NCBI GenBank assembly: GCA_030704615.1
Contig: CM060732.1
Coordinates: 83,080,001 to 83,144,000, forward strand
DNA from: Takakia lepidozioides
Taxonomy: Eukaryota > Plantae > Bryophyta
DNA: 64,000 bases
Reading direction: 5' to 3'
Made by a program: the position numbers and the translations under genes. A model generated the notes under the pieces. It saw nothing but the letters and a program-made list of their open reading frames with translations, was not told the origin of the DNA and did no database searches. Positions 1 through 12,754 of the stretch are shown piece by piece (within the stretch, counting starts at the first letter, position 1; every line of letters begins with the position of its first letter).

Positions 1-112
1 GGAACATATAAGCAGTGAGAGAGTACACAGTACATGCACGATCAAAATTCACTTTTGTCTTTGAAACTGTACTATGCTACGGCCGCAAAATTAGTATGTA
101 TGCAAGTATGGT

Positions 113-1203
113 CTATTCCATCCTGTAGACGTCTCGGGGCTCTACCCAACTGAATGGTTTGTTCATGAAGCGGAACACTACTTGGGCTAATGTGAGCCTC
201 TCGGACGGGACCGTGCTATCATATAACCCTCGTAGGGCGGAATCCCAACATAGGCCCGTGTATTGATCATTGAAAAGACTGGCATCATACGAATCGCCAC
301 CATTTATTCTTACCGCTATCTTCCCAACTGCAAAGGCCTCCGAGGTCATGTCCCGGGTGTGCATGTGTGGTGTGTCATCCACCTGGCTGTTTTCCTTGTT
401 AAAAGCCATGACAATTGCAGGTTCCATCCACCATCTATGTTTGAGAGCCCGCGTCATTTTGTCTTTGTTTTCAAACTGGTACGACGAGGTTTTGCGTATC
501 TCCATTGAGGTGGCCAACCCCCAATCACACACTCCAATCTTAACCTCCTCGGTGTCATGTGGAAAATGCAACAAGATGATGTCGGGAGACAAGTTGTTGT
601 GCATGACATGGTTCTTATGGACAGCATGCATAATGCTCACTAGTGCCATGCAAGTTTGCTGCGCTCTCTCCGGAAACGAATCAAGCGATCGATTTCCTGG
701 TAATGTTCTTCCGTTCCCGGCTGTCTTTGAATCTTCCTATTGTTCCAATCACTTCCCCATTTTTTGTCAATGTTCAACATGTCGCGTATTGTTCCTCCAT
801 TCCACCAGCGAGTATAACCTTCTAGCTCACGTGCATTCACAGCAAAGTATGTAATGACTCCCGCATGTTGGAATTTAATTGCCAAAGACTCGTCGTTATA
901 TTGCCTTACCGCGACTTCCGGGTTTTTCGCCTTGGGTGTTTTCCCTATTAGCTCCCAACTACACGGTATTCGTGAATCGCCAACAATCCTACACTTACGA
1001 ACCTTGGCATATCCTCTTTCTTTGTAGGGGCCAAGTTGTTGGACCTGAGCACTTGTGTTGACGTAAATAAGACTTATTGTGCCTCCCCCGCTCGATGACG
1101 CCGCCTTCCAAGGGAGTAACTTTGTCCGGTGATGTGCATTGGCGCTTGCCGAATGCGCCCACCACTCGACAAGTTGGAATAACTCGATTTCCCAGCTAGG
1201 CAC
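113..1203 (-). pseudogene. Divergent intronless Ser/Thr protein kinase pseudogene, frameshift near 645
   Basis: ORF 640-1203 gives an N-lobe (ERGYAKV Gly-loop remnant, WWNGGT hinge). ORF 113-649 gives a C-lobe (HKNHVMHNNLSPDIILL catalytic loop with Asp replaced by Asn; VCDWGLA DFG-equivalent). Confidence 0.75.
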
Positions 1204-3529
1204 TCGATCTTTGGTTGTTCTATCCTTCTATGTGCTCATTACCTGCCTCAGATTCCATGTGGCGTCTTTTGCCCTACTCTCGAGCCACTGCAAAAATTTC
1301 GGCTTGTTTCTATCCTCTGTCCATTGATCTCCAGCCAAAGCCTCCCTCATTCTTTTCTCCATATTTTGCTGAAAAATACAAAACCCCTCGTGTCCATGCC
1401 GGACATAAGCACTTTGCAGCCTCATCATGTCTTTTTCTTTGAAATAATCAAATATTAATTTTTTAACCTTGTCCTCTGGTCCTGGATAGTGTTGCTTGTT
1501 GACCTGACTATCTCGCTCGTGGGCATGTTTTCTCTTCCTCCGACCCCCAGATGACGACCCCGGCCCAGAATTTGAGTTTGCACTCCCTGATATTATAAAC
1601 CTTTGCCCACTGCAGGGGATGGGAGGGAAAATAGATAATGGATGTGCGTGGCTGCAATCTTCGTATTTTCTGCACAAACGGGTCACATGAGATCCTAAAA
1701 CGATAAAATGGTGAAGAAATGATGCTATAATGATGGAATGGTGAATAGGGGCTCGAATAGGTGTGGGACCAACCCAATTAAAAATCGACAAAACTTCTCC
1801 CTTTCCAAACAAACACCTTTGCACACGTTGGCAGTGCCACGCAACGAAGTCCGAAGACTATAGGAAGCCAAGGAACTACACTCATGGAGGAGCAAAAGTG
1901 ATCATAAAGCGGAGGGAGATGTTTGTCCATGTTTGTGCATGCGATTGTCTTAACTCTATTGGGACACATGTGACCCTCAAGGCGCGTGTCACCCGTTGGA
2001 ACATTGCAGATTTAGCCCGCGGTTGCCCATTTTTTTGTTGTGGATGGGTGACCGCCACCTAAACCTGATGGTCCCAGTTTGCTATTAACTGCTATATCGA
2101 AACTTCATTAAGATATAATATTTTTCGTCCTATTTTTATCTCTTTAGATCAACCAATCACTTCGAAGAACTGGGACAAAAACTCAAGGATCATCAAATAT
2201 ATTACTGAAATCAGATAATTGTGAGGTGAGCTAAGCATACATAAAAAGGAGAAAAATACCCGGATTTTTAAAAAAAATCTTTCAGGGTTTTTTTCTAAAA
2301 GCAAATTGAGAGGCTTACCTTTACCTATCATTCACTTATGTCCCTTCCCACCCCGTTATGTTTCGAAATAATATTGTAGGCGAAAGTAAGAACTAGAAGT
2401 GGATTATTTCTTTTGTTCCTCGTTGAAGAAAAACCACCTTCTTACCATATAGGGTTATCTTCTTGGAATCACAACGTCGTTGCACCTTGTGATTGCATTG
2501 CCTCATCTGAGAGGCAGTAATAAAAAATATGTATATATATTTTCATGTCTTTTAATAGATCTTATAATAGGGATGCAATAATTTTGTTTCATGATTGTTA
2601 GAAGAAAAAAAACCATCTGAATTTTTATTTCCTTTTTTTAAATCCTACTTCTTCTTATTCTTGTTATTCCAATGTATTTTTCTATATGCTAAACCTAAAG
2701 CTTTATCCATGGGTGATGCGAAACGATAATGAAATAGAACCATAATGTATGATGAGAAACCTGTAAATACTGATTCGAGGAATTTCCAAGTTAAAAGGGG
2801 GGAAATACTTTCGACAAGAAAAAGGCTCATTTCTTTGGATTTATCCTAGAAATTATAAACAAGATTGTTCGATGAGCATGTTCACACGGGAGATTGTGCT
2901 CGGTAACTATACAACAGTAGCTTATGAGAAAACGGGAGTGAACCATTCAGGGTACAGCACCCGAGACAAAGAAGCAATCATAGTAGGGAGATATACGGCT
3001 GAACGTGGTGTGGAAGGCCAGCTTGCTTGGTGTCTGCAGAATTCGTCAATGTGGAGGTGACAGAACGTGCGGCAAAATGAATTCTCAAGAAGAGGCAGCT
3101 GTCCAACGTCTATGTTGCAGCTGGCAACAGTTCGAGAAATGATGAAGGCCAGAGTTGTGCAGAAGGAGCCAGGCCACAGCTGCATTGAGCTCAACACCGA
3201 AGTGCATAATTCATTGTGGTATTACCAGGATTTTCCTCGGAGTAAGGGAAATGACAGAGCTCGCGTACTTTTGTAGTTTCTGCAGATCAAGCAATGAGCA
3301 GCAAACAGTTCTGACTGGAGTTTTTCTCAGATGCTTCACAGTGGTGGTTTCATAATGTACGTTTTTTTCATCTTGGACATGAAATGATTGACACTGGCCT
3401 TTTTATGCACTTGGCTGTTTCACTTGGTAACAATAATACTTCACTAGGAAAAGGTAGCAAAAGCACTGCACCCATTTTTCTCGAAGGAGAAGACAGCAAC
3501 GTCCTACTGCTACAGGTCCGTGCTCCAGT

Positions 3530-6500
3530 TTTAATTCAGATCCTCTGTGTTGGGAGCATTCAGGATGCGCAGGGAGTGTTCAACAGTATGGTTGACCGAG
3601 ATTTGGTGTCATGGAATGCCATGCTTGCAGGGTATTGAGGATGCAAAGGCAGTGTTCAACAATATGGCTGAATGAAATGTGGTGTTGTGGAACGCGATGC
3701 TTGCAGGGTATGCACAACAGGGGCGCGAGATGGAGGCTTTGGAGACCTATGAGTAAATGATGGTGGAAGGGGTGAAGCCCAACCACATCACGTCTGTGCG
3801 TTTGCAAGCCTGGAAGCCCTGAAAAATGGCAAAGAGGTGCATGGTTGCATCGCAAAACCAGGAATAGTACCAGATGTGATTGTCAACAATACCCTCATGG
3901 ACATGTATGCAAAATGTGGGTGCATCGAAGATGCGAAGGGAGTGTTTGACAGTATGGCTGAACGAGATTTGGAGTTGTGGAGTGCGATGACTGCAGGGTA
4001 TGCACAACAAGGATGCGGGATGGAGGCTTTGGATACCTATGAGCAAATGATGGGGAAAGGAGTGAAGCCTGGCAGCCCTAGAAGAGGGCAAAGAGGTCCG
4101 TGGTGACATCGTCAAAGCTGGAATTATACCAGATGTCATTCTGAACACTGCCCTGGCGGACATGTATGCCAAATGTGGGTTCATTGTCAGACCTGCAATT
4201 GTACAAAATGTCATTCAGAACAATACCCTTGTGGACATGTATGAAGGGAGTGTGCGACAGTATGGCTGAACGAGATGTTGTGTCGTGGAGTGCGATGATT
4301 GCAGGATATGCATAGCAAGGGTGCGGGATGGAGGCTTTCGAGATCTAGGAGCAAATGTTGCGCAAAGGGGGGAAGCCCAACCACATCACATTTGTTTGTG
4401 TTTGCAATGCGTGTGCAAGCCTGGGAGCTCTGGAAAAGGGGAAAGAGGTCCGTGGTGACATCGTCCAAGCTGGAATTGTACCGGCTGTCATTCTGAACAC
4501 TGCCCTGGTGGACAGGTATGCCAAATGTGGGTGCATTGTCAGACCTGCGCAGGGTATGCACAACAAGGGCGCGGGATGGAGGCTTTGGAGACCTATGAGC
4601 AAATGATTGGGGAAGGGGTGAAGCCTGGCAGCCCTGGAAGAGGGCAAAGAGGTCCGTGGTGACATCGCCAAAGCTGGAATTGAACCAAATGTCATTCTGA
4701 ACAGTGCCCTGGTGGACAGGTATGCCAAATGTGGGTGCATTTTCAGATCTGCAATTGTACAAAATGTCATTTAGAACAATACCCTTGTGGACATGTATGA
4801 AGGGAGTGTTCGACAGTATGGCTGAACCAGATGTGGTGTCGTGGAGTGCGATGATTGCAGGATATGTACAGCAAGGGTGCGAGATGGAGGCTTTGGAGAT
4901 CTAGGAGCAAATGTTGCGCGAAGGGGCGAAGCCCAACCACATCACATTTGTTTGTGTTTGCAATGCGTGTGCAAGCCTGGGAGCTCTGGAAAAGGGGAAA
5001 GAGGTCCGTGGTGACATCGTCAAAGCTGGAATTGTACCAGATGTCATTCTGAACACTGCCCTGGTGGACAGGTATGCCAAATGTGGGTGCATTTTCAGAC
5101 CTGCAATTGTACAAAATGTCATTCAGAACAATACCATTGTGGACATGTATGTAGGGAGTGTTCGACAGTATGGCTGAACGAGATGTTGTGTCGTGGAGTG
5201 CGATGATTGCAGGATATGCACAGCAAGGGAGCGGGATGGAGGCTTTGGAGATCTAGGAGCAACTGTTGCGCGAAGGGGCGAAGCCCAACCACATCACATT
5301 TGTTTGTGTTTGCAATGCGTGTGCAAGCCTGGGAGCTCTGGAAAAGGGGAAAGAGGTCCGTGGTGACATCGTCAAAGCTGGAATTGTACCAGATATCATT
5401 TTGAACTCTGCCCTGGCGGACAGGTATGCGAAATGTGGGTGCATTGTCAGACCTGCAATTGTACAAAATGTCATTCAGAACAATACCCTTGTGGACATGT
5501 ATGAAGGGAGTTTTTGACAGTATGGCTGAATGAGATGTGGTGTCGTGGAACGCGATGCTTGCAGGATATGCACAGCAAGGGTGCGGGATGGAGGCTTTGG
5601 AGACCTATGAGCAAATGTTGTGCGAAGGGGCGAAGCCCAACCACATCACATTTGTTTGTGTTTGCAATGCGTGTGCAAGCCTGGGAGCCCTGGAAAAGGG
5701 CAAAGAGGTGCATGGTTGATTTGCCAAACCTGGAATTGTACCAGATGTGATTCTGAACAATACCCTCGTGGACATGTATGCCAAATGTGGGTGCATCCAA
5801 GATGCGGATGAAGTGTTCAACAGTATGGCTGAACGAGATTTTGTGTCATGGAATGCCATGCTTGCAGGATATGCACAGCAGGGGCACCGGATGGCCTTGG
5901 AGACCTATGAGCAAATGATGGGTAAGGGGTGAAGTGCGACCACATCACGTTTGTGTGCGTTTGCAATGCTTGTGCAAGCCTGGCAGCCCTGGAAAAGGAC
6001 AAAGGGTGCATGGTGACATCATCAAAGCTGGAATTGTACCAAGGTTGCAATGCGTATGCAAACCTGGGAGCCCTGGAAAATGGGAAAGAGGTTTGTGGTG
6101 ACATCGTCAAAGCTGGAATTGCACCAGATTCATCCTGATTACTGCCTTGATGGACATATGCCAAATGTGGGCTTTCGAGATATACGAGAGATTGCAGCAA
6201 GATTGGATGGAGGCTTTAGAGATTTACGAACAAATGATGGGGGAAGTGGTGAAGCCCGACCACATCACGTTTGTATGCGTTTGCAGTGTGTATGCAAGCC
6301 TGGTAGCCCTGGAAAAGAGCATGGTTGCATCGCCAAAGCTGGAATTGAACCAGACGTGGTTCTGAACAATACCCTCGTGGACATGTATGCCAGATGTGGA
6401 ATGCGATGATCGCAGGATATGCCCAGCATGTTGTCATAGGGAGGTCCTGCAAGCATTTGAAAGAATGCAAAAAAATGGCTTGAAGCTGGACAGTCTTTAT

Positions 6501-6612
6501 ATGTGTTCTGTCTGCATGCAGCCACACTGGCCTACTGAATGAAGGAAGACGCTACTTTGATTCCCTGAGTCAAGATCATGGTATCACTCCGACAGTAAAG
6601 CACTTTGGCTGC
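3530..6612 (+). pseudogene. Degenerate PLS-class pentatricopeptide repeat (PPR) array
   Basis: Recurrent SWNAMLAGYAQQG, KPNHITFVCVCNACASLGALEKGKEVH and NTLVDMYAKCGCIEDA motifs, ending in LSACSHTGLLNEGRRYFDSL..HGITPTVKHFGC. Many stops and frameshifts. Confidence 0.93.
4080..5720 (+). repeat. Tandem amplification of a 352-bp PPR-derived unit
   Basis: Near-identical blocks recur at 4767, 5119 and 5471 (352-bp offsets), with a longer variant unit from about 4211. Confidence 0.9.
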
Positions 6613-7166
6613 AGACAAGGAGGCCTTAGTTTGGTGAGTACATTCTTAGACTGTCACTTCCTTCAATTGATTCCTTAATTTCAGGTGGCTGGAGGGGGTT
6701 TATGTTTGGATCAGGGTTTAAATGTACTGAAAGACAGTGTTGATATCAAGGACGAGAGCTTCATGGCAAATTGCAAGGCTATGGAGCAGCTCCTGGTTGA
6801 CCTTAGTAGGCAGCAAGTTGAGAATATACCTCCTTTGTTGTGAGAGAGAGGACAGAGCACATGCCTCCATCTTCAAAGCCTTGCAAGTGGCTTTGGCTAA
6901 TGTGATGCTCATATGCTCACAAATCTGGCAAGATGTGGCTGTTTATTTTCGTGAAGAGGGTGTATCAACTAGAACAGAATGAGAAAGAGAAAGGAACTTT
7001 ATAACATCCACAGAGAGGTAAAATGTTTTTCATATAGTATACATTTCCAATCAAAAGATACAAAGAGACAGGACAGTTTCAAGATAAATGATCTTTTTCC
7101 ATAAAAAAATAATTGTTTAGTCATTGATAATTGTTTTCAATGTTTTACACAGGTTTTTTCAAAGAT

Positions 7167-7880
7167 TTACCAATCTACAGCTTTAATAAATTCTGTATTT
7201 TCTACGTGTATAGGAGTTTTGGCCAAAAGTTTAACTGCTATTATCTGGAAAAAAATCCCGTGTTTCTTCTTTCGGAGGTTTTGCCAATATCTTGAGTGGC
7301 ACTTGATGGCCACAAAGTCTCCCATATTCACAGACGATCCACTAATTGTCTCGCCTTTGTCATTGACAATTTCAATGGTGTTATAGTTGTCACTGTCATT
7401 TAGTTTGATCCGTTTGTTCGAACTTGAAACAGACGGATCAAATTTTTTTGTTTTGGATTTGAGAACCTTTTTGGAGAAATTTAGGTTCTCTCCACCCACC
7501 CATTCCAAGTCTCTGGAAGCTTTTTGCCAATAGCTTTTTGCCAATCATTGATTTTCCTCATGTATTCATCATAATAATGGCTTTCCTCCAACTGGATGGA
7601 GAACTTAGCCTGATGCATCTCTTCCGCAAAAGGGACGCATTTATGGTTGCCATGTTCGGCAAGATATGGAAAATTACAATTATCGAGATAATACTACTTC
7701 CTCAAAGTCAGCAAGGGTATTCCACAATGTACTGTGGAAATTCGTAGTAGGAGGAAGGCATTTCCAAGAATTACCAACGTTTATCGCATGGTGCAGGTTG
7801 GATGAAAACATGTTGTAGATATGACTGCGTTTCACCTCGAACGGAACCTCCTGTTCCAGTTCCTCGGTTGTTGAACTGCA
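7167..7880 (-). pseudogene. AT-rich decayed ORF resembling phage/virus gp2.5-type OB-fold ssDNA-binding protein
   Basis: Reconstructed LDNCNFPYLAEHGN..QAKFSIQL..NDWQKASRDLEW..IEIVNDKGETI..NMGDFVAIKCHSRYWQN..KHGIFFQIIAVKLL. The frame is broken by an exact 14-bp tandem duplication (AGCTTTTTGCCAAT x2, 7518-7545) and by a second lesion near 7690. Confidence 0.5.
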
Positions 7881-8547
7881 AATGTCAGTGGATCGAGGAT
7901 GCAAAGAGAGTTTTCAACATTGTGGTTGAAAAAAATGTGATGTCGTGGAACGCGATGCTTGCAGGATATGCACAACAGGGTGGGATGGAGGCTTTGGAGA
8001 CCTCTGAATAAATGATGGGGGAAGTGGTGAAGCCCTCATGGAGTGCAATGATTGCAAGATATGCTCAACATGGATCTGGTACAGAGGCATTCAAAATGTA
8101 TGAGCAAATTCTGCGCGAAGGGGTGAAGCCCAACCACATCACATTTGTTTGTGTTTGCAATGCGTATGAAAGCCTGGGAGCCCTGGAAAAGCAAGGACAA
8201 TGTGGTGAGGGCACCTTCTTCGTCGGCTTATTTCAGCCTGTTTTGCGCTCTCATCAGACTCAGTCTTGAGATGCATATTGAATTCTGTAAGTTAGCTCAT
8301 TGGGTGGATCTGTGGTGGTTTGGAATGACTTTGCCATCACAGTGTGAAGCTGGCCATTGGTTTTGGGCTGATCAGCACAATCCCTAGGATGCTTCTTCGT
8401 CTCATCAAGAATCTTCGAGTGTGTGGTGATTGCCACACTTCCACCAAATTCATCTCAAAGATTGTTGGTCGAGCAATTGTTGTATGGGTCGCTAACCGCT
8501 TTCACCACTTTGAAGATGGGATTTGTTCTTGTGGTGATTACTGGTGA
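7880..8547 (+). pseudogene. PPR fragments plus C-terminal part of a DYW deaminase domain
   Basis: [63 protein letters not shown]. The catalytic HSEK motif reads HSVK. Confidence 0.93.
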
Positions 8548-9054
8548 AAGGATGTTTTCTTGCCAACATGCAAGTGTCTTGCTTCATTCATTGATTTGTG
8601 TAGATACTCAGACCATCCACCATTTCCTCAAAGTCTTGACCATCATGTACTGCCAGAGAGGGCTAGAGGATCAGATGAGGGTTTGACAGATTCAACAAAA
8701 ATCATTAACAGAGGGTGGCTGAACACTGAGGATTCTACTGCTCACAGTCCCGAATGTGCATGGATTAATAAAGGGGAAGTCCAAAACACCGGATGGGATG
8801 CCTTCCCTTCCTCACCCATACATTCTGTTCCTGTCAACAATGGCTGAGATGCTATCCCTTGCAATTCTACAGTTAATGTTGAACACAATCTGTCAGGTGG
8901 GTGATCACCCTCCAACACTGCAATGAGCCCCAGTTGTGTTCCTTCTGGGACATAAATAGACAAGAATTGTGGCTGGCCAGTCATGGAGGCAAATAATGAA
9001 GTCAGAGCCATGCCATCACATTAAGCCCTCATTGGTATGGACCGGCTAAGCAGA

Positions 9055-9560
9055 TTTGGTGTCATGGAACGCCATGCTTGCAGGATATCCACAGCAGGGC
9101 CACGGGATGGAGGCCTAGGGGAAAGGGTGAAGCCCGACCACATGGAATTGTACCAAATGTCATTCTGGACACTGCCCTAGTGGACATGTATGTGAAATGT
9201 GGGTGCATTGAGGATGCAAATGGAGTTTTGACAATATGGCTGAATGAGATGTGGTGTTGTGGAATGCGATGATCGCAGGATATGCCCAGCATGTTTTGAT
9301 TCCGTGAGTCAAATCATGGCCTCGCTCCTACAATGGAGCATTTTGGCTGCATGGTGGACCTTCTTGGCTGTGCAGGTCGAGTGGAGGTGGCAAAGGACTT
9401 CATGAATAAAATGCCAAACGAACCAGTTGCTTCATTGTGGCAGGCCTTGCTTGGTGCTTGCAGAATTCATGGCAAGGTGGAGGTGGCAGAAAATGTAGCA
9501 AAATGCCTTTCTAAATGGGATCCACATGATGCTGCTATTTATGTGTTACTATCAAGGCTG
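9055..9560 (+). pseudogene. PPR fragment with E domain
   Basis: EHFGCMVDLLGCAGRVEVAKDFMNKMP.EPVASLWQALLGACRIHGKVEVAE..DPHDAAIYVLLS. Confidence 0.9.
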
Positions 9561-9599
9561 GCAAGTGGGACGATACGGCCAAAATGAGAAACATGTGGG

Positions 9600-9670
9600 A
9601 ACAAAGTCACCACCCTGGCTTTGGTGGGGGAAAACTCCTTACATTGGCTCCCAAGATAGAAAAATTCGGG
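9600..9670 (+). pseudogene. Orphan WD40-like exon fragment
   Basis: VTTLALV.., then a frameshift to YIGSQDRKIR, followed by a GTATGC donor-like site. Confidence 0.35.
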
Positions 9671-11074
9671 TATGCTCTCTGTTCATTTCTATCGCAAATG
9701 AGAGAGATTATCATGGTAATGTTGAGAATGAGAAGATGTAGTCTGTTGCTATGAATGTTGGTATTAGCTATCCTTGTGATTGTTGGGTACTATGTGCCCT
9801 TGGGTATGGTGGATTCAGCGTGGTTTCGAATGCGACAGAGCGTTTCCTGCACCTTTCTCGGGGCTGATGGAGAAAGATAAAAGAATGCATTGTTGAGTGC
9901 ATAGATTCATAAATAAATTGCTACGGACTAAGTTGTGACTTGTTTGCGCAGGCCTGGGCCCTGACAACAGATTTGACCTCTGATCAAGCCCTAATGTATT
10001 TTCTTAAGCATGTTCTATGATCACATGCCTAATACTAGACACCCTAAGATACCAGATGAAGGGCCGAGTGTTGATCCAGTGTGATCTTGCACTCAAAAGC
10101 CTTCATCAATTTATTGTGACATGAAATAAATGTAGTGACAGGTGCGATAATGACAATACAGGGAGGGTTAAAGTTGATGCAATCGAAGAAGGCTATACTA
10201 TCCAAGTATACCAGGACTTGCTGTTCACAGCTGGGGCCTTTGTCGAGGGTGGCAGGGCTAAGGTTACTGAAGCCTTCAAACCTTTGACATTAAAACACCA
10301 AAAAAATATGATTAAGGAAGCATAATTTGTATAGCTGAATATTGTTTGTTCTTAAGCTTAAGTTATGGTGAGTTATGTTGTGTTCAATTGAGTTTCAGAA
10401 ATGCTTGTAACAATGTATTGAGCTCTACAAAGATATTTGCATGTGTCTAATATGACTATGTGCAATACAAGTCTGGCCATTAAAGAATTCAAAAAATGCA
10501 AAAACTAGTGAGAGTGGTCGGGACCATCAGGTAGTACCTCTCTAAGTTAATTCTTACAATGTCCGTGTGTATACACAAGCAATGACAATAGATTCTTGAT
10601 GGTCCTTCAACATCTGTACAAGACGAGACGAAAATTATCAGGAAGTACAAGGGGGTTGCTATTTCATGAGCGGCATGAGCATGAGCGGAAAAAAACAAAG
10701 CATGAGCAGACCATTGTGTGTCCACGGAAATAGGGTTAGGAGGCACGAAAATAGGGTCATGTGAAGTTGGAATGTGGCACCAGTGGACTTGAAATGCAAC
10801 ATTTTATTGCAAATTTTGTGGCAAGCCACATGTAGTCCCTTTCTGGACTAGGCATGAAATCCCCCCTGACAAAAAAATGCACGTTCCTCCTGCCTATGAA
10901 CTCCGGTGTAGACGTCCCTCCTACAGTACTTGGCATCCTACAGTAAGAACAAATCCACTGAAGAATGTCAATACCAGCAGAAGCAGAAACGGTCTTTCAA
11001 TGAAATAAAAGAGCGAGGGGAGGTGCCTCACAAAATCAGGAGGCAACTTACAATGCGACCACTCACTCATAAAC

Positions 11075-11667
11075 CATTTTCGGCACCATTTTCCTAGGTT
11101 GGGCCCGAAAATGGCTAAGTCCCAGAACTGACTGGGCGCGGAACTAGAAAAATGGCGCCGAATTTCCAGTTGCGGTTCCAGCCACCCTAGGGACTTAGCC
11201 ATTTTCGGGGCCCTGAACTGGAAAAATGGCGTCATTTTTCCATTTCGGGGCTGACAATGGCTAAGTCCCAGATCTGACTGGGCCCGGAACTGGAAAAATG
11301 GCGCCGAATTTTTCCGATTTTGCTGCCAGCCACCCTAGGAACTTAGCCATTTTCGGCCCCGAACTGGGAAAATGGCGCCATTTTTCCAGTTCGGGGCCAA
11401 AAATGGCTAAGTCCCAGATCTGACAGGGCGTGGAACTGGAAAAATGGCGCCGAATTTCCGGTTGCGGTTCCAGCCACCCTAGGGACTTAGCCATTTTCGG
11501 GGCCTTGAACTGGAAAAATGGCGCCATTTTTCCATTTCGGGGCCGAAAATGGCTAAGTCCCAGATCTGACTGGGCCCGGAACTGGAAAAATGGCGCCGAA
11601 TTTCCGATTTTGGTGCCAGTCAGATCTGGGACTTAAGCCATTTTCGGGCCCGAATTGGAAAAATGGC

Positions 11668-11715
<48 letters not shown>

Positions 11716-11975
11716 CCGGCGCCATTTTTCCAGTTCGGGGCCGAAAATGGCTAAGTCCCAGATCTGACTGGGCCCAGAACTGGAAAAATGGCGCCGAATT
11801 TCCGATTTTGGTGCCAGCCACCTTAGGGACTTAGCCATTTTCGACCCCGAACTGGAAAAATGGCGTTTTTTTTTTTTTTTTTTTCGGCGCCATTTTTCCA
11901 GTTCGGGGCCGAAAATGGCTAAGTCTCAGATCTGACTGGCACCAAAATCGGAAATTCGGCGCCATTTTTCCAGTC
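11075..11975. repeat. Palindrome array A, 72/74-bp alternating units (146-bp dimer)
   Basis: ATGGCG core of GGAAAAATGGCGCC(G/A)..TTTCC at 11152, 11226, 11298, 11372, 11444, 11518, 11590, 11663. Contains poly(T) runs of 47 and 19 nt. Confidence 0.9.
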
Positions 11976-12740
11976 ATGCAGGTAATTCGAAGAGCGGATG
12001 GATGGAAACCCGGCGCCGGATTTCCATCCTCCAGGTAAGTCGGCGCTGCAAATTTCTGTCATGCAGGTTACTTGTGAGCGGATGGATGGAAATCTGGCAC
12101 CGGATTTCCATCTGCCAGGTACAAAATTTCCGTTATGCAGGTAATTCGAAGAGCGGATGGATGGAAATCCGGCGCCGGTTTTCCATCCGCCAGCTAAGTC
12201 GGCGCGCAAAATTTCCGTCATGCAGGTAATTCGAAGAGCGGATGGATGGAAATCCGGCGCTGGATTTCCATCCGCCAGGTAGGTTGGCATCATGCAGGTA
12301 ATTCGGAGCGCGGATGGATGGAATCCTGGCGCCGGATTTCCATCCTCCAGGAAAGTTGGCGCTGCAAATTTCCGTCATGCAGGTAATTCGAAGAGCGGAT
12401 GGATGGAAATCCGGCGCCGGATTTCCATCCGCCAGCTAAGTCGGCTCGCCAAATTTCTGTCATGCAAGTAATACGAAGGGCGGATGGATGGAAATCCGGC
12501 GCCGGATTTCCATCCGCCAGCTAAGTCGGAGCGCGGCCGGATGGAAATCCGGCGCCGAATTTCCATCCTGTAGGTAACTCGGAGCGCCGAATTTCCGTCA
12601 GGCAGGTAATTCGGAGGGCGGATGGATGGAAATCCGGCGCCGAATTTCCATCCTGCAGGTAACTCGGAGCGCCGAATTTTCGTCATGCAGGTAATTCGGA
12701 GAGCGGATGGATGGAAATCCGGTGCCGAATTCTCGACTAC
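11976..12740. repeat. Palindrome array B, mostly 85-bp units
   Basis: GGATGGAAATCCGGCGCCGGATTTCCATCC repeated with spacings 84, 75, 85, 72, 85, 85, 53, 85, 85. Confidence 0.9.
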
Positions 12741-12754
12741 TAGGGGGAAATCCA

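Noticed and set aside
3530-8547. Functional PPR-DYW editing factor, or stops rescued by U-to-C editing
   Set aside because: There are many frameshifts, foreign inserts and a lost catalytic Glu. Editing cannot repair frameshifts, and this is nuclear DNA.
11620-11838. Poly-lysine ORFs
   Set aside because: They are translations of the 47-nt T run.
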